A stretch of DNA of 64,000 nucleotides, taken from positions 17,463 to 81,462 of the forward strand of contig JAFQQI010000079.1 in NCBI GenBank assembly GCA_017411305.1, in the 5' to 3' direction. The stretch comes from Lachnospiraceae bacterium (GTDB lineage: Bacteria; Bacillota; Clostridia; Lachnospirales; Lachnospiraceae). This document shows positions 51,707 through 61,523 of this stretch, piece by piece. The translations under genes were made by a program, and so were the position numbers. The stretch's first letter is position 1. The number at the start of each line of letters is the position of its first letter. The notes beneath the pieces were generated by a model. It saw only the letters and a list, made by a program, of their open reading frames with translations. It did no database searches and had not been told where the DNA came from.

Positions 51707-52639
51707 ATGTATAATATTGTAGAATCAGCTGACCAATTGGTAGGCAAAACACCGCTTTTAGAGCTTACACATATTGAGGAAGCATTTCAAACAGAAGCAA
51801 AGATTCTGGCCAAATTGGAGTATTTTAATCCCGCAGGCTCCGTCAAGGATCGGATAGCAAAGGCCATGATAGAGGCAGCAGAGAAAAGCGGGGAATTAAA
51901 ACCCGGTGCTGTTATCATTGAGCCTACGTCGGGAAATACCGGTATTGGTCTTGCCTCCATAGCTACAGCAAAGGGATACCGGATTATCATTGTAATGCCG
52001 GAAACCATGTCCGTAGAGCGACGGAAGCTGATAAAAGCTTATGGCGCAGAGCTTGTCCTGACAGACGGTGCGTTAGGAATGAAGGGAGCCATTGCCAAGG
52101 CACAAGAGCTTGCAAGGGAGATTCCAAACAGCTTTGTACCGGGTCAGTTTGTGAATCCTGAAAATCCAAAAGTACATTTTGAAACAACCGGACCGGAAAT
52201 TTACACTGATACGGACGGAAAGGTAGATATTCTGGTAGCCGGAGTGGGAACCGGCGGAACTATAACCGGCGTGGGCAGATATTTGAAATCAAAGAACCCG
52301 GATGTAAAGGTAGTAGCTGTTGAACCTGCAGCTTCACCGGTGCTTTCAGAAGGAAAATCCGGTGCCCATAAGATTCAGGGTATTGGAGCAGGATTTGTTC
52401 CGGAAATTCTGGATACAGAAATTTACGATGAAATTATTACCGTAGCAAATGAGGACGCCTTCGAAAAAGGAAGATTAATCGGAAAGAAGGAAGGAATTTT
52501 AGTGGGTATCTCTTCCGGAGCAGCATTGCATGCGGCATTACAGCTGGCGAAGAGACCGGAAAACAAAGGGAAGAATATCGTAGTTATTTTTCCGGATTCC
52601 GGGGACCGCTATCTGTCTACGCCTCTTTTTGAGGACTAA
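51707..52639 (+). CDS. cysK: cysteine synthase A
   Basis: [36 protein letters not shown]. Confidence 0.96.
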   Translation: MYNIVESADQLVGKTPLLELTHIEEAFQTEAKILAKLEYFNPAGSVKDRIAKAMIEAAEKSGELKPGAVIIEPTSGNTGIGLASIATAKGYRIIIVMPETMSVERRKLIKAYGAELVLTDGALGMKGAIAKAQELAREIPNSFVPGQFVNPENPKVHFETTGPEIYTDTDGKVDILVAGVGTGGTITGVGRYLKSKNPDVKVVAVEPAASPVLSEGKSGAHKIQGIGAGFVPEILDTEIYDEIITVANEDAFEKGRLIGKKEGILVGISSGAALHAALQLAKRPENKGKNIVVIFPDSGDRYLSTPLFED

Positions 52640-52707
52640 GTATTTATTGTGAAAAGCCCCTCTTTGTGGTAAGATGACTACAAAAGCAAAAGGTTGGAGA
52701 GAGGCTT

Positions 52708-53136
52708 ATGATGATTTCGACAAAGGGGCGTTATGCCCTGCGGGTTATGATTGATTTGGCAGAACAGCAAAGAGCAGAATATGTTCCCCTTAAGGAAATT
52801 GCGGCGCGCCAAGAGATATCACAGAAGTACTTAGAAAGTATCATGGTAATTTTGTCCAAAAATAATTTTATAGAAGCATTACACGGTAAAGGCGGCGGTT
52901 ATCGTCTCAATCGTGAGCCAAAGGATTATAAGGTTGGTGATATCCTAAGGTTGACGGAGGGGACACTGGCGCCTGTTGCCTGTTTGGGTGATGACGCTAA
53001 GCCTTGCGAAAAAACAGCAGAATGCAGAACACTTCCGGTATGGGAAAATCTGTACAACCTTATCATCAATTATTTAGATAGTGTAACCATTGCAGACTTA
53101 GTCAAAAATGAGCTGCCGGACAATTACGTAATTTAG
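52708..53136 (+). CDS. Rrf2-family regulator (IscR/CymR-like, three Cys)
   Basis: STKGRYALR, GKGGGYRL, C-x7-C-x5-C. Confidence 0.92.
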   Translation: MMISTKGRYALRVMIDLAEQQRAEYVPLKEIAARQEISQKYLESIMVILSKNNFIEALHGKGGGYRLNREPKDYKVGDILRLTEGTLAPVACLGDDAKPCEKTAECRTLPVWENLYNLIINYLDSVTIADLVKNELPDNYVI

Positions 53137-53151
53137 GAAAGAGGAATTCAT

Positions 53152-53700
53152 ATGAAAAAAGAAATCATGAAAATGTATTTACGGGCTGTAGGCAAAGTGC
53201 TGTTTGCATTGGCACTTGGTGCATTGTTGGTTTTTGTAATGAGAAATGCATCCGATGTGGAGCCTGTGGGCATTGTGGTATGTTCTGTTTTGTGGGGAAT
53301 TGTAGTACTGATATACCTGATTAGCGGTTTGAGCACGATTATCAAAGGTTCCGGACAGGCAAGGAAGTATATGGCGAACTCCCACTATAATGAGATGCAG
53401 TTGAATGAGGAATATGAAAACGGGCAGAAGTTCGGCAGAATACATGTCGGCAGGATACATGTGTTTGCCAATGCATCTGATCAGTTCTATATCATTCCGC
53501 TTTCGGATATTGCGAAAATGAGAATTACGCATCATGGCGAAAACCGGGCAAAGATGCGCCCCGGGTATTATTACCTGCGTCTTACCGCAAACGGCATAGA
53601 GAAAGAAATTAAGGTTTATTATATAAGCAGAGAGAAGGCAGAAGAGGCAATGAAAGCCATTAAACCGGTTACTTATATTAAGAGTGAAGCAGAAGGATAG
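53152..53700 (+). CDS. hypothetical membrane protein
   Basis: Two TM helices and a soluble tail; GAGG RBS. Confidence 0.7.
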   Translation: MKKEIMKMYLRAVGKVLFALALGALLVFVMRNASDVEPVGIVVCSVLWGIVVLIYLISGLSTIIKGSGQARKYMANSHYNEMQLNEEYENGQKFGRIHVGRIHVFANASDQFYIIPLSDIAKMRITHHGENRAKMRPGYYYLRLTANGIEKEIKVYYISREKAEEAMKAIKPVTYIKSEAEG

Positions 53701-53755
53701 AAAGTACTTGACGAAGAAGCCGGATTGTGCGGGAAGACTTTAGGGGGCATATGGT

Positions 53756-54394
53756 ATGTTTTTAGAAGAACAGGAATATCAGCATGTTCTTGCACTTTTA
53801 GATAAAAAGATTGAGAAAACTCCGATATTGGAAGAATTGACTTTGTGGGTCAAACAAGAGTTTGATGTGGATATCTATGATTATGTTTGTGACAAAACCA
53901 AGAACGGCTTAACAAGACTGCGGATTGTGGTATGGGATTATGCCGTTACGGAGCGGTTTCGGAACGGTGCTAATTATGATACAAAGAAGCAAAGGAAATT
54001 TCAGGTGAAATTTTCAGAGTTGGCAAGAAAGTATGACATTCATCCGGAATATCATAATGCCAATACAGTCTTCGTATGTTTTGAAACCATCCGTGACCAA
54101 ATTGCGGGGAAACTTTTGTGGAGCTTAAAAGACAATATCTATGCATTGCAAAAGGATGATATCTGGAAAATCAGCATTATATTTGAAAGCGTACATATTT
54201 TTTATGAAACGGATGCGCAGATAACAGCCCATGAAGAGGATGGTACAAGCGTGTCATTGACAGAGATGATAACAGAGATTGTAAAAGTACATGACAGGTA
54301 TCAGGTTTTTAAAGACGGTGTACCTTGTGTATTTACCAGTCATCAGACATTAGATGAAAAATATAAAGGAAGTATGTTCTTTTATACCAGATAA
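53756..54394 (+). CDS. hypothetical protein
   Basis: 212-aa ORF, co-oriented, GGGGG RBS. Confidence 0.7.
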   Translation: MFLEEQEYQHVLALLDKKIEKTPILEELTLWVKQEFDVDIYDYVCDKTKNGLTRLRIVVWDYAVTERFRNGANYDTKKQRKFQVKFSELARKYDIHPEYHNANTVFVCFETIRDQIAGKLLWSLKDNIYALQKDDIWKISIIFESVHIFYETDAQITAHEEDGTSVSLTEMITEIVKVHDRYQVFKDGVPCVFTSHQTLDEKYKGSMFFYTR

Positions 54395-54439
54395 GAAGAA
54401 GTATACCTGCGAAGAGAAGCTTGCAGTAAGCGGAAAGGC

Positions 54440-55141
54440 ATGGTTATTAATTTGGAACGTGATATTGATTTAAAGGAAATTTCAGACGGACGTCTTTATA
54501 CAGCAAACGACATGGTAAAAATCGATTGTAATGATTGTGCCGGCTGTTCAGAGTGCTGCAGAGTGGTAGAAGATACCATTCTTTTGGACCCATATGATAT
54601 TTATCAGCTTACTTGTGGGACAGGGATGGACTTTAATGGATTAATGGAAGGCAGTATTGAGCTCCAGGTGGTGGAAGGGCTCATCGTACCTAATTTAAAA
54701 ATCCGTGCTGATAGAGAAGGCTGCGTTTTCTTAAGTGAAGAGGGCAGGTGTACCATTCATGGCTACAGGCCGGGCTTTTGCAGAATGTTTCCTATGGGAA
54801 GAATTTATGAAGAAGAGGGCTTTAAGTATTTTTTGCAGGTACATGAGTGTGGCTATCCCAATAAGACGAAAATTAAACTGAAAAAGTGGCTTGGTATCAG
54901 CGAACTGTCCTCCTATGAGGAGTATATTAACAAGTGGCATGGCTTGACTAAAGAAGTCAAAATGATTTTAAAGAATACTGAGAATGATACTATTGTTAAA
55001 AATTTGAATATGTATCTTTTGAATTTATTTTATGTAACGCCCTATGAGGCGGTTTTCGGAGAAAATTATTTCGGCAGATTTAAAGAGCAGTTTGAAGAAA
55101 GACTTACAAAGGCGCAGCAAATGATTCAAATGTATCGGTAG
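54440..55141 (+). CDS. YkgJ family cysteine-cluster protein
   Basis: CxxCxxCxxCC, C.FL...CTIH..RP.FCR.FP. Confidence 0.88.
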   Translation: MVINLERDIDLKEISDGRLYTANDMVKIDCNDCAGCSECCRVVEDTILLDPYDIYQLTCGTGMDFNGLMEGSIELQVVEGLIVPNLKIRADREGCVFLSEEGRCTIHGYRPGFCRMFPMGRIYEEEGFKYFLQVHECGYPNKTKIKLKKWLGISELSSYEEYINKWHGLTKEVKMILKNTENDTIVKNLNMYLLNLFYVTPYEAVFGENYFGRFKEQFEERLTKAQQMIQMYR

Positions 55142-55159
55142 AGCCATAAAGGTGACTAT

Positions 55160-55837
55160 ATGAAAAAAGCAGAACAATGCAAATTATTTCAAAAAATTTC
55201 CAAGGAAGAGGTAGAACGTATTCTGACCTGCTCTAAGTCCGGTCTGAAGGAATACAAAGCAGAAAGCTACATTTTTATGCAGGATGATGTGCCGTCAAAG
55301 CTATTTCTTTTGCTGGAAGGTAAGGTACAGATTTGCAAAGACTTCAGAAACGGCAAACGGGATATTTTATATATGGTAGAGCCGGGAAATGTATTTGGAG
55401 AAATTTTTTTATTCGGTGATAAAAAGCACTACTGGTATGATGCGCTTGCGATAAGTGATGCAAAGGTACTGGAGCTACCTTGGGATTTCTTTTATCATTT
55501 TTGCTCCAATGCCTGTGACCATCATAAACAGCTGACGCAAAACATGCTGGAAATCCTTTCTGAGAGTAACCTTGAGATTACAAGAAAGCTGCATATTGTG
55601 ACTACTGCGTCACTTCGGGAGAGAATTGCAATCTGGCTTTGGGATGCAGTGGATGATAAGGGCGTGGTAAGACTACAGATGAACCGGGAGCAGCTTGCGG
55701 ATTTTTTGGGTGTGGCAAGACCGTCTCTTTCCAGGGAACTGATGCGGATGCAAAAGGATGGGCTGATTGAAGCAGTCGGAAAAACCATCGTAGTGAAGGA
55801 TAGGGCGGCTATAGAACAGGTAATAACAGGAGAATAA
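55160..55837 (+). CDS. Crp/Fnr family regulator
   Basis: cNMP-binding fold (FGE), CSNAC, HTH LADFLGVARPSLSREL. Confidence 0.92.
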   Translation: MKKAEQCKLFQKISKEEVERILTCSKSGLKEYKAESYIFMQDDVPSKLFLLLEGKVQICKDFRNGKRDILYMVEPGNVFGEIFLFGDKKHYWYDALAISDAKVLELPWDFFYHFCSNACDHHKQLTQNMLEILSESNLEITRKLHIVTTASLRERIAIWLWDAVDDKGVVRLQMNREQLADFLGVARPSLSRELMRMQKDGLIEAVGKTIVVKDRAAIEQVITGE

Positions 55838-55839
55838 TA

Positions 55840-56409
55840 ATGATACCTACCAGAGAAGAAGCAAAGAAACTTTTGGCAGAAGCAGAAACACATAATCCGG
55901 GTGCGTGGGCAAGACACAGTGAAGTAGTAGCCTTTTGCGCGGAAAGGATAGCACAGGCATGTCCGGATTTAGATGCGGAAAAGGCATATGTGCTGGGATT
56001 ACTGCATGATATCGGCAGACGCTTCGGCGTAAAGCATTTCGGACACATTTATGACGGCTATCGGTATATGAATGAGCTTGGGTATGACGAAGTGGCAAGA
56101 ATCTGTGCTTCCCATTCTTTTTCCATTCAGAGGATTGAGGATTATATCGGAAACTTTGATGTGACTAAGGAGGAGCAGCAGATTATTGAGGATTACCTGG
56201 CAGAGCTTGTGTATGATGACTATGATAAACTGATTCAGCTTTGCGATTCTATCGGAGCAGCAGAAGGTGTGGTTTCCATGGAGGAGCGCATGGGAGATGT
56301 GAAGCGCAGATATGGTGCCTATCCCCAGGATAAGTGGGACAGGAATTTGTGGCTTAAGGATTATTTCAGTAATAAAGCCGATAAGGATATTTATTCTTTA
56401 TTTATATAG
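55840..56409 (+). CDS. HD-domain protein
   Basis: HS..VA, GLLHDIGR, LCD. Confidence 0.88.
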   Translation: MIPTREEAKKLLAEAETHNPGAWARHSEVVAFCAERIAQACPDLDAEKAYVLGLLHDIGRRFGVKHFGHIYDGYRYMNELGYDEVARICASHSFSIQRIEDYIGNFDVTKEEQQIIEDYLAELVYDDYDKLIQLCDSIGAAEGVVSMEERMGDVKRRYGAYPQDKWDRNLWLKDYFSNKADKDIYSLFI

Positions 56410-56489
56410 AAGCAATGGAAAACTGAAGTATAGAGCTTACTTATGAATAATTAGTAGAAATAAAATTGTATCGGATAAAATACAGAAAG

Positions 56490-56542
56490 GAAGCAAAAAT
56501 GTAACCGTGGTTACGGATTTTGCTTCTTTTTTTCTATACAAT
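56490..56542 (+). promoter_or_regulatory. palindromic Crp/Fnr-type site within a terminator-like hairpin, class II position
   Basis: GTAACC-GT-GGTTAC at 56501-56514; TACAAT at 56537-56542; site centre about -41.5. Confidence 0.6.
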
Positions 56543-56598
56543 ATAAATATAAAAGATAACAGACAGATTAATATTAAAATGAGAAGGGAGATTTGATT

Positions 56599-56838
56599 AT
56601 GGTAAATGAAGCACAGGTATCTAACTTAGTTAATTTATTGGATGGTTATGCAACTAAAGGAGGACACCACTTAAATGTAAACGTATTAAACAGGGAGACG
56701 CTTCTTGATGCACAGAAGCATCCTGAGAAATATCCGCAGCTGACAATCCGTGTATCCGGTTATGCGGTGAATTTCATTAAATTGACGGAAGAGCAGCAGA
56801 GAGATGTGATCTCCAGAACCTTCCACGAGAGAACTTAA
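56599..56838 (+). CDS. stand-alone glycyl radical domain protein (GrcA-like)
   Basis: HLNVNV...[17 protein letters not shown]...VISRTFH matches the PFL C-terminal domain; own RBS. Confidence 0.88.
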   Translation: MVNEAQVSNLVNLLDGYATKGGHHLNVNVLNRETLLDAQKHPEKYPQLTIRVSGYAVNFIKLTEEQQRDVISRTFHERT

Positions 56839-56901
56839 ACAGAGCAGAAAAACACAGTTTTGACGGAAAAAATTATTTTATACCCAAAGTCAAGTATCTC
56901 C

Positions 56902-56961
56902 TTGCATTTTGTAAAAATAAGGAGTAAAATAGCAAAGGATGTGCATAGGGCACATCCTTTG
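56902..56961 (+). promoter_or_regulatory. promoter and 5' stem-loop of MFS gene
   Basis: TTGCAT-17-TAAAAT; 12-bp stem CAAAGGATGTGC/GCACATCCTTTG. Confidence 0.65.
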
Positions 56962-56987
56962 ATTACATAACGAAATGAGGGTATGAA

Positions 56988-58307
56988 ATGAAAAACATTC
57001 AAAACAAGTGGATTCGTGCAGCGATTCCTGCATTATTACTCCACTGTAGTATCGGTACTGTTTATTGTTGGTCCATTTTCAGCCAGGAAATTGCTGATTA
57101 TATCGGCTTTTCCAAGGGCGCTACCGAATGGGCATTCAGCTTTGCAATTTTCTTCCTTGGTATGTCAGCAGCATTCCTTGGAAACGTAGTAGAAAAGGAC
57201 ATCCATAAGTCTTCCCTGATTGCAACCATCTGTTTTGCAGCAGGTATGGCAGGTACAGGCTTCTTTATCTGGTTAGGCGGAAATCAGTTCGCTGCTAACG
57301 GAAAGGGCAGTGTCCTTGCATTAATTGGTATTTATGTATGCTATGGTTTCATCATGGGTATCGGTTTAGGTACAGGTTATTTATCACCTGTTAAGACCCT
57401 GATGCTTTGGTTCCAGGACAGAAAGGGTCTGGCAACCGGTCTTGCAGTTGCAGGCTTTGGTGCAGCTAAGGCTATCGCAAGCCCTATTATGCAGGCACTC
57501 CTTGCAAACTTAGGAGAAGGCGGTATTTACAAGATGTTCTTCATCCTTGCAGTTGTTTACTTCGTAATGATGTTCGTAGGACATTTACTCTTAGCTAAGC
57601 CTGCTGATTGGCATGAACCTCAGACCAAAGAAAAGGGTCAGGGCATTATCGATACCATTAAGACAAGACCTGTTACCAATTATATTGGTATCTGGTTAAT
57701 GTTCTATATTAACATTACTTGCGGTCTTGCATTAATTTCACAGGAAAAGATGATTGTGAAATGTATCGGTCTTGCAGCTTCCGTAGGTATTATTTCTACT
57801 GTATCCGCTATCTTCAATGCAGGCGGACGTTTGGGATTCTCTGCATGGGCAGATACCATGAAAGACAGAAATACAATTTATAAGTTAATCTTCATCTTAT
57901 CTATTGTATTTACAGGAATTGTACTTCTTACAAACGGAATTAAGAACGGCGAAGGAAACATGCTGTTAACCATTTTGGTACTTGCATTAATCTTCATTGT
58001 AAATGCAGGATACGGCGGTGGATTCTCTAACGTACCGACACTTCTTTCCGACCATTACGGAATGGCAAGTATCAGTGCACTTCACGGAATCACTCTTTCC
58101 GCATGGGCATTTGCAGGTCTTACCGGTAACCAGATGGCATCCTGGATTGTAAGCCACTTCGGAACATTTGTAGATGACGGACACGGAAACATGATTAATC
58201 CTACCGGCTATCAGACAGTACTTTATGTAACAGGAGCATTATACATTGTAGCATTGTTAATCAGCTTGTTTATGGTGCGCCCCAATAACAATAAGGAAAA
58301 TAAGTAA
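56988..58307 (+). CDS. OFA (oxalate/formate antiporter) family MFS transporter
   Basis: SIGTVYCWS, WFQDRKGLATGLAVAGFG, NAGGR, YGGGFS. Confidence 0.88.
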   Translation: MKNIQNKWIRAAIPALLLHCSIGTVYCWSIFSQEIADYIGFSKGATEWAFSFAIFFLGMSAAFLGNVVEKDIHKSSLIATICFAAGMAGTGFFIWLGGNQFAANGKGSVLALIGIYVCYGFIMGIGLGTGYLSPVKTLMLWFQDRKGLATGLAVAGFGAAKAIASPIMQALLANLGEGGIYKMFFILAVVYFVMMFVGHLLLAKPADWHEPQTKEKGQGIIDTIKTRPVTNYIGIWLMFYINITCGLALISQEKMIVKCIGLAASVGIISTVSAIFNAGGRLGFSAWADTMKDRNTIYKLIFILSIVFTGIVLLTNGIKNGEGNMLLTILVLALIFIVNAGYGGGFSNVPTLLSDHYGMASISALHGITLSAWAFAGLTGNQMASWIVSHFGTFVDDGHGNMINPTGYQTVLYVTGALYIVALLISLFMVRPNNNKENK

Positions 58308-58319
58308 AAAGAGATAAAG

Positions 58320-58354
58320 AAAAGGACTTGTCCATAGAGGGCAGGTCCTTTTTT
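58320..58354. terminator. intrinsic terminator
   Basis: AAAAGGACTTGTCC/GGGCAGGTCCTTTTTT. Confidence 0.85.
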
Positions 58355-58579
58355 GTGCGCTCAGACGAGGTTTGATCCAACCTTCGCAGCTGTTCTGGCG
58401 GATATATTCTTTATAGGTACGTTCCAATGTTTTTTCATCAGCAAGTGGAATAAAAGGAATCTGGGGAATGGATTGTATTTCCGGTTTTTGTCAACTCCGC
58501 TGATATTTAAGGTCGTAATCTCTTGCACCGGACAAATTCCGTTGCTTCCGCTTATTACATAATCGCCAATTGCAAACAT
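58355..58579 (-). pseudogene. CarD-family regulator pseudogene
   Basis: GGAGG RBS, MFAIGDYV...GIC.VQEIT start, then internal deletion/frameshift to IPFIPLADEKTLERTYKE. Confidence 0.65.
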
Positions 58580-58789
58580 GTGTTACCTCCTTTTTCTCTG
58601 ATTTAATTTTAACAAAATAAAATTAAAAATGTCAGCGAAAAATGAACCGGAAAAGAAAAATCAGCAATATGCCTACGTATAGAAAGGGATTTCTTGTGCA
58701 ATAGTTTGAGAAGGAATAGGAAAAAAGAATAAAATGTGATAGAATAAATCAAATTCAGAGAAAAAAGTTTTGAAAAGTGAGAGTTTGTT

Positions 58790-61483
58790 GTGATATTAGG
58801 AATACTGGCGCATGTAGATGCAGGTAAGACAACTTTATCAGAAGCCATTCTATATATAAGCGGGAAGCTTCGTAAATTAGGAAGGGTAGATAACCGGGAT
58901 GCCTTTTTAGATACTTATGAGCTGGAGCGGAAGCGTGGCATTACAATCTTTTCCAAGCAGGCCGAGCTGGAATATGACGGATGTAACATTACCCTGTTAG
59001 ATACGCCCGGGCATGTGGATTTTTCGGCAGAAATGGAAAGAACCCTTCAGGTGCTTGATGCAGCAGTTTTGGTAATCAGTGCATCCGACGGAATTCAGGG
59101 GCATACCAGAACCTTATGGCGGCTTTTGAAACGATACAGCATTCCGGTATTTTTATTTATCAATAAGATGGATCAGCCGGATGTATATAAAGAAGAAATT
59201 ATGAGGGAACTGACCGAAGAATTAGATGGCTCCTGTGTGGATTTTGGTCAGGAACAATCTGAATTCTTTGACAGACTTGCCATGTGCGATGAAGAGATGA
59301 TGAATCAGTTTCTGGAAGAGGGAGAGATCAATGCGGATGCCATCAGACAGGCTGTCTGTGAAAGAAAGGTTTTCCCTTGCTTTTTCGGTTCTGCGCTGAA
59401 GCTCTGGGGCGTAGAAGAGCTTTTAAAAGGTCTTTGTGAGTATATAGTGAAACCGGAGTACCCTAAGCAGTTCGGAGCAAGAATATTTAAGATTACCAGA
59501 GATGCCCAGGGAAACCGTCTGACTCATTTGAAGGTGACGGGCGGAAGCTTACAGGCGAAGGGAACTCTTAACGGAATTGATACTGAGGGAATGGAATGGT
59601 CTGAAAAGGTGAACCAGATCCGTATCTATTCCGGTGAAAAGTTTGAACCGGTGGGAGAAGTAGCAGCAGGCAGCATTTGTGCCGTAACCGGACTTACCAA
59701 AACTTATCCCGGGCAGGGGCTGGGAAATCAAGAGCATTTGCAATTACCGGGACTGATTCCGGTTTTACGCTATTGCATTGTTCTTCCCGAAGGAACAGAT
59801 GCAGCAGTGATGCTCCCAAAGCTCAGAATGCTGGAAGAGGAAGATCCCATGCTGCAAATCGATTTTTCGGAAGAGCTGCAGGAAATACATGCCAGAGTGA
59901 TGGGAGAGGTACAGATAGAGGTTCTGCAAAGTATGATTGCGGAACGTTTCGGCGTAGAGGTTTCCTTTGGGGCCGGAAGTATTGTATATAAAGAGACCAT
60001 TGCAGATACGGTAGAAGGTGTAGGGCATTTTGAACCGTTAAGACATTATGCAGAGGTACATCTTTTGCTGGAGCCGGGAGAGTCGGGAAGCGGTCTGATA
60101 CTGGAAGCAAATTGCAGTGAGGATGAGCTTAGCCGCAATTGGCAGAGGCTCATCATGACGCATTTAGAGGAACGTGAGCATCGTGGCGTATTAATCGGTG
60201 CACCTATCACAGATATGAAAATCACCTTGATTGCAGGAAAGGCTCATTTAAAGCATACCGAGGGTGGTGATTTCAGGCAGGCTACCTATCGTGCAGTACG
60301 GCAGGGGCTTATGGAAGCCGAATCCGTGCTTTTAGAGCCGGTATATGAATTCAGGCTGGAGATACCGGATGATGCAATCGGCCGGGCTATGACGGATATT
60401 GAAAAGATGCACGGACATTCCTCTTTAGAGCAAAGAACCGGTAAGCTTGCACTTTTAACGGGAACAGCACCGGTTGTGACCATGCGTGAGTATCAAAAAG
60501 AGGTGACTGCTTATACCAAAGGGCAGGGAAAGCTTTCTTTATCTCTTAAAGGATATGCCCCTTGTCACAATACCGAAGAGGTTATGATGCAAAAAGGGTA
60601 TGATCCGGAAGCAGATTTGGCAAATCCCACAGGTTCTGTTTTTTGTGCCCATGGTGCAGGCTTTGTAGTGCCCTGGTATGAAGTGAAGGATTATATGCAC
60701 TTAGAAGGATACCGAGAGAAAGATAAAGAAACAGAACGTGAGGAACGGTTTTTACAAGCAGGCTATCGTGTTGGTGAAATGGAACGGCTGAAAAAGGAGA
60801 CAGGGGAACGTTTCCTGGGAGTAGAAGAAATAGATGATATTTTAGAGAGGAGTACTCATGCTAACAGCCGGAAGGATGGGTACAAAAAGAAAGAAGGCTG
60901 GCAGAGAGAACGCAGAAAGGATGTTTATACCATCAGCACAGGTGCCGGAGGTGAAACCAGAGTATATAAAGGACAGCCGAAAAAGGATGCCTACCTTCTG
61001 GTAGACGGATATAACATTATTTTTGCATGGGAAGAACTGAAGCAATTAGCAGAAATTAATCTGGACGGTGCCAGAGGAAAGCTTCTTGATATTCTTTGCA
61101 ATTATCAGGGGATTAAAAAGTGCGAACTGATAGCGGTGTTTGATGCTTACCGGGTACAGGGACATCCTACAGAATATTTTGATTACCATAATATTCACGT
61201 GGTATATACCAAGGAGGCAGAGACGGCAGACCGCTATATTGAGCGTTTCGCCCATGAAAACAGTAAGAAGTATGATATTACGGTAGCAACCTCAGACGGA
61301 TTGGAGCAGATTATCATAAGAGGTCAGGGGTGTAAACTATTGTCGGCAAGAGACTTGAAAGAGGATGTTGACTTGCTGAGTCAGAAACTAAAGGAGGACT
61401 ATTTAGAACAGCAGACATCTCCTAAGAGATATTTACTGGATGAAGTTTCTGAAGAGGTATTAAAGGAAATTACAGGAGAATAA
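58790..61483 (+). CDS. EF-G/TetM-like translational GTPase fused to a C-terminal YacP/Rae1-type NYN RNase domain
   Basis: AHVDAGKT, RGITI, DTPGH and NKMD; EF-G-like domains II-V; NYN motifs LVDGYNII, VFDA, ETAD..IE and VATSD. Start uncertain. Confidence 0.88.
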   Translation: MILGILAHVDAGKTTLSEAILYISGKLRKLGRVDNRDAFLDTYELERKRGITIFSKQAELEYDGCNITLLDTPGHVDFSAEMERTLQVLDAAVLVISASDGIQGHTRTLWRLLKRYSIPVFLFINKMDQPDVYKEEIMRELTEELDGSCVDFGQEQSEFFDRLAMCDEEMMNQFLEEGEINADAIRQAVCERKVFPCFFGSALKLWGVEELLKGLCEYIVKPEYPKQFGARIFKITRDAQGNRLTHLKVTGGSLQAKGTLNGIDTEGMEWSEKVNQIRIYSGEKFEPVGEVAAGSICAVTGLTKTYPGQGLGNQEHLQLPGLIPVLRYCIVLPEGTDAAVMLPKLRMLEEEDPMLQIDFSEELQEIHARVMGEVQIEVLQSMIAERFGVEVSFGAGSIVYKETIADTVEGVGHFEPLRHYAEVHLLLEPGESGSGLILEANCSEDELSRNWQRLIMTHLEEREHRGVLIGAPITDMKITLIAGKAHLKHTEGGDFRQATYRAVRQGLMEAESVLLEPVYEFRLEIPDDAIGRAMTDIEKMHGHSSLEQRTGKLALLTGTAPVVTMREYQKEVTAYTKGQGKLSLSLKGYAPCHNTEEVMMQKGYDPEADLANPTGSVFCAHGAGFVVPWYEVKDYMHLEGYREKDKETEREERFLQAGYRVGEMERLKKETGERFLGVEEIDDILERSTHANSRKDGYKKKEGWQRERRKDVYTISTGAGGETRVYKGQPKKDAYLLVDGYNIIFAWEELKQLAEINLDGARGKLLDILCNYQGIKKCELIAVFDAYRVQGHPTEYFDYHNIHVVYTKEAETADRYIERFAHENSKKYDITVATSDGLEQIIIRGQGCKLLSARDLKEDVDLLSQKLKEDYLEQQTSPKRYLLDEVSEEVLKEITGE

Positions 61484-61520
61484 TAAAGGCTTTCCCGATT
61501 TGCTTCGGGAAAGCCTTTAT
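61483..61520. terminator. bidirectional terminator
   Basis: ATAAAGGCTTTCCCGA/TCGGGAAAGCCTTTAT perfect 16-bp stem. Confidence 0.88.
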
Positions 61521-61523
61521 GCG

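Noticed and set aside
58790-61483. Tetracycline resistance gene (tetM/tetW/tetO)
   Set aside because: Lacks the YSPVST loop, has an extra NYN domain and no mobile context.
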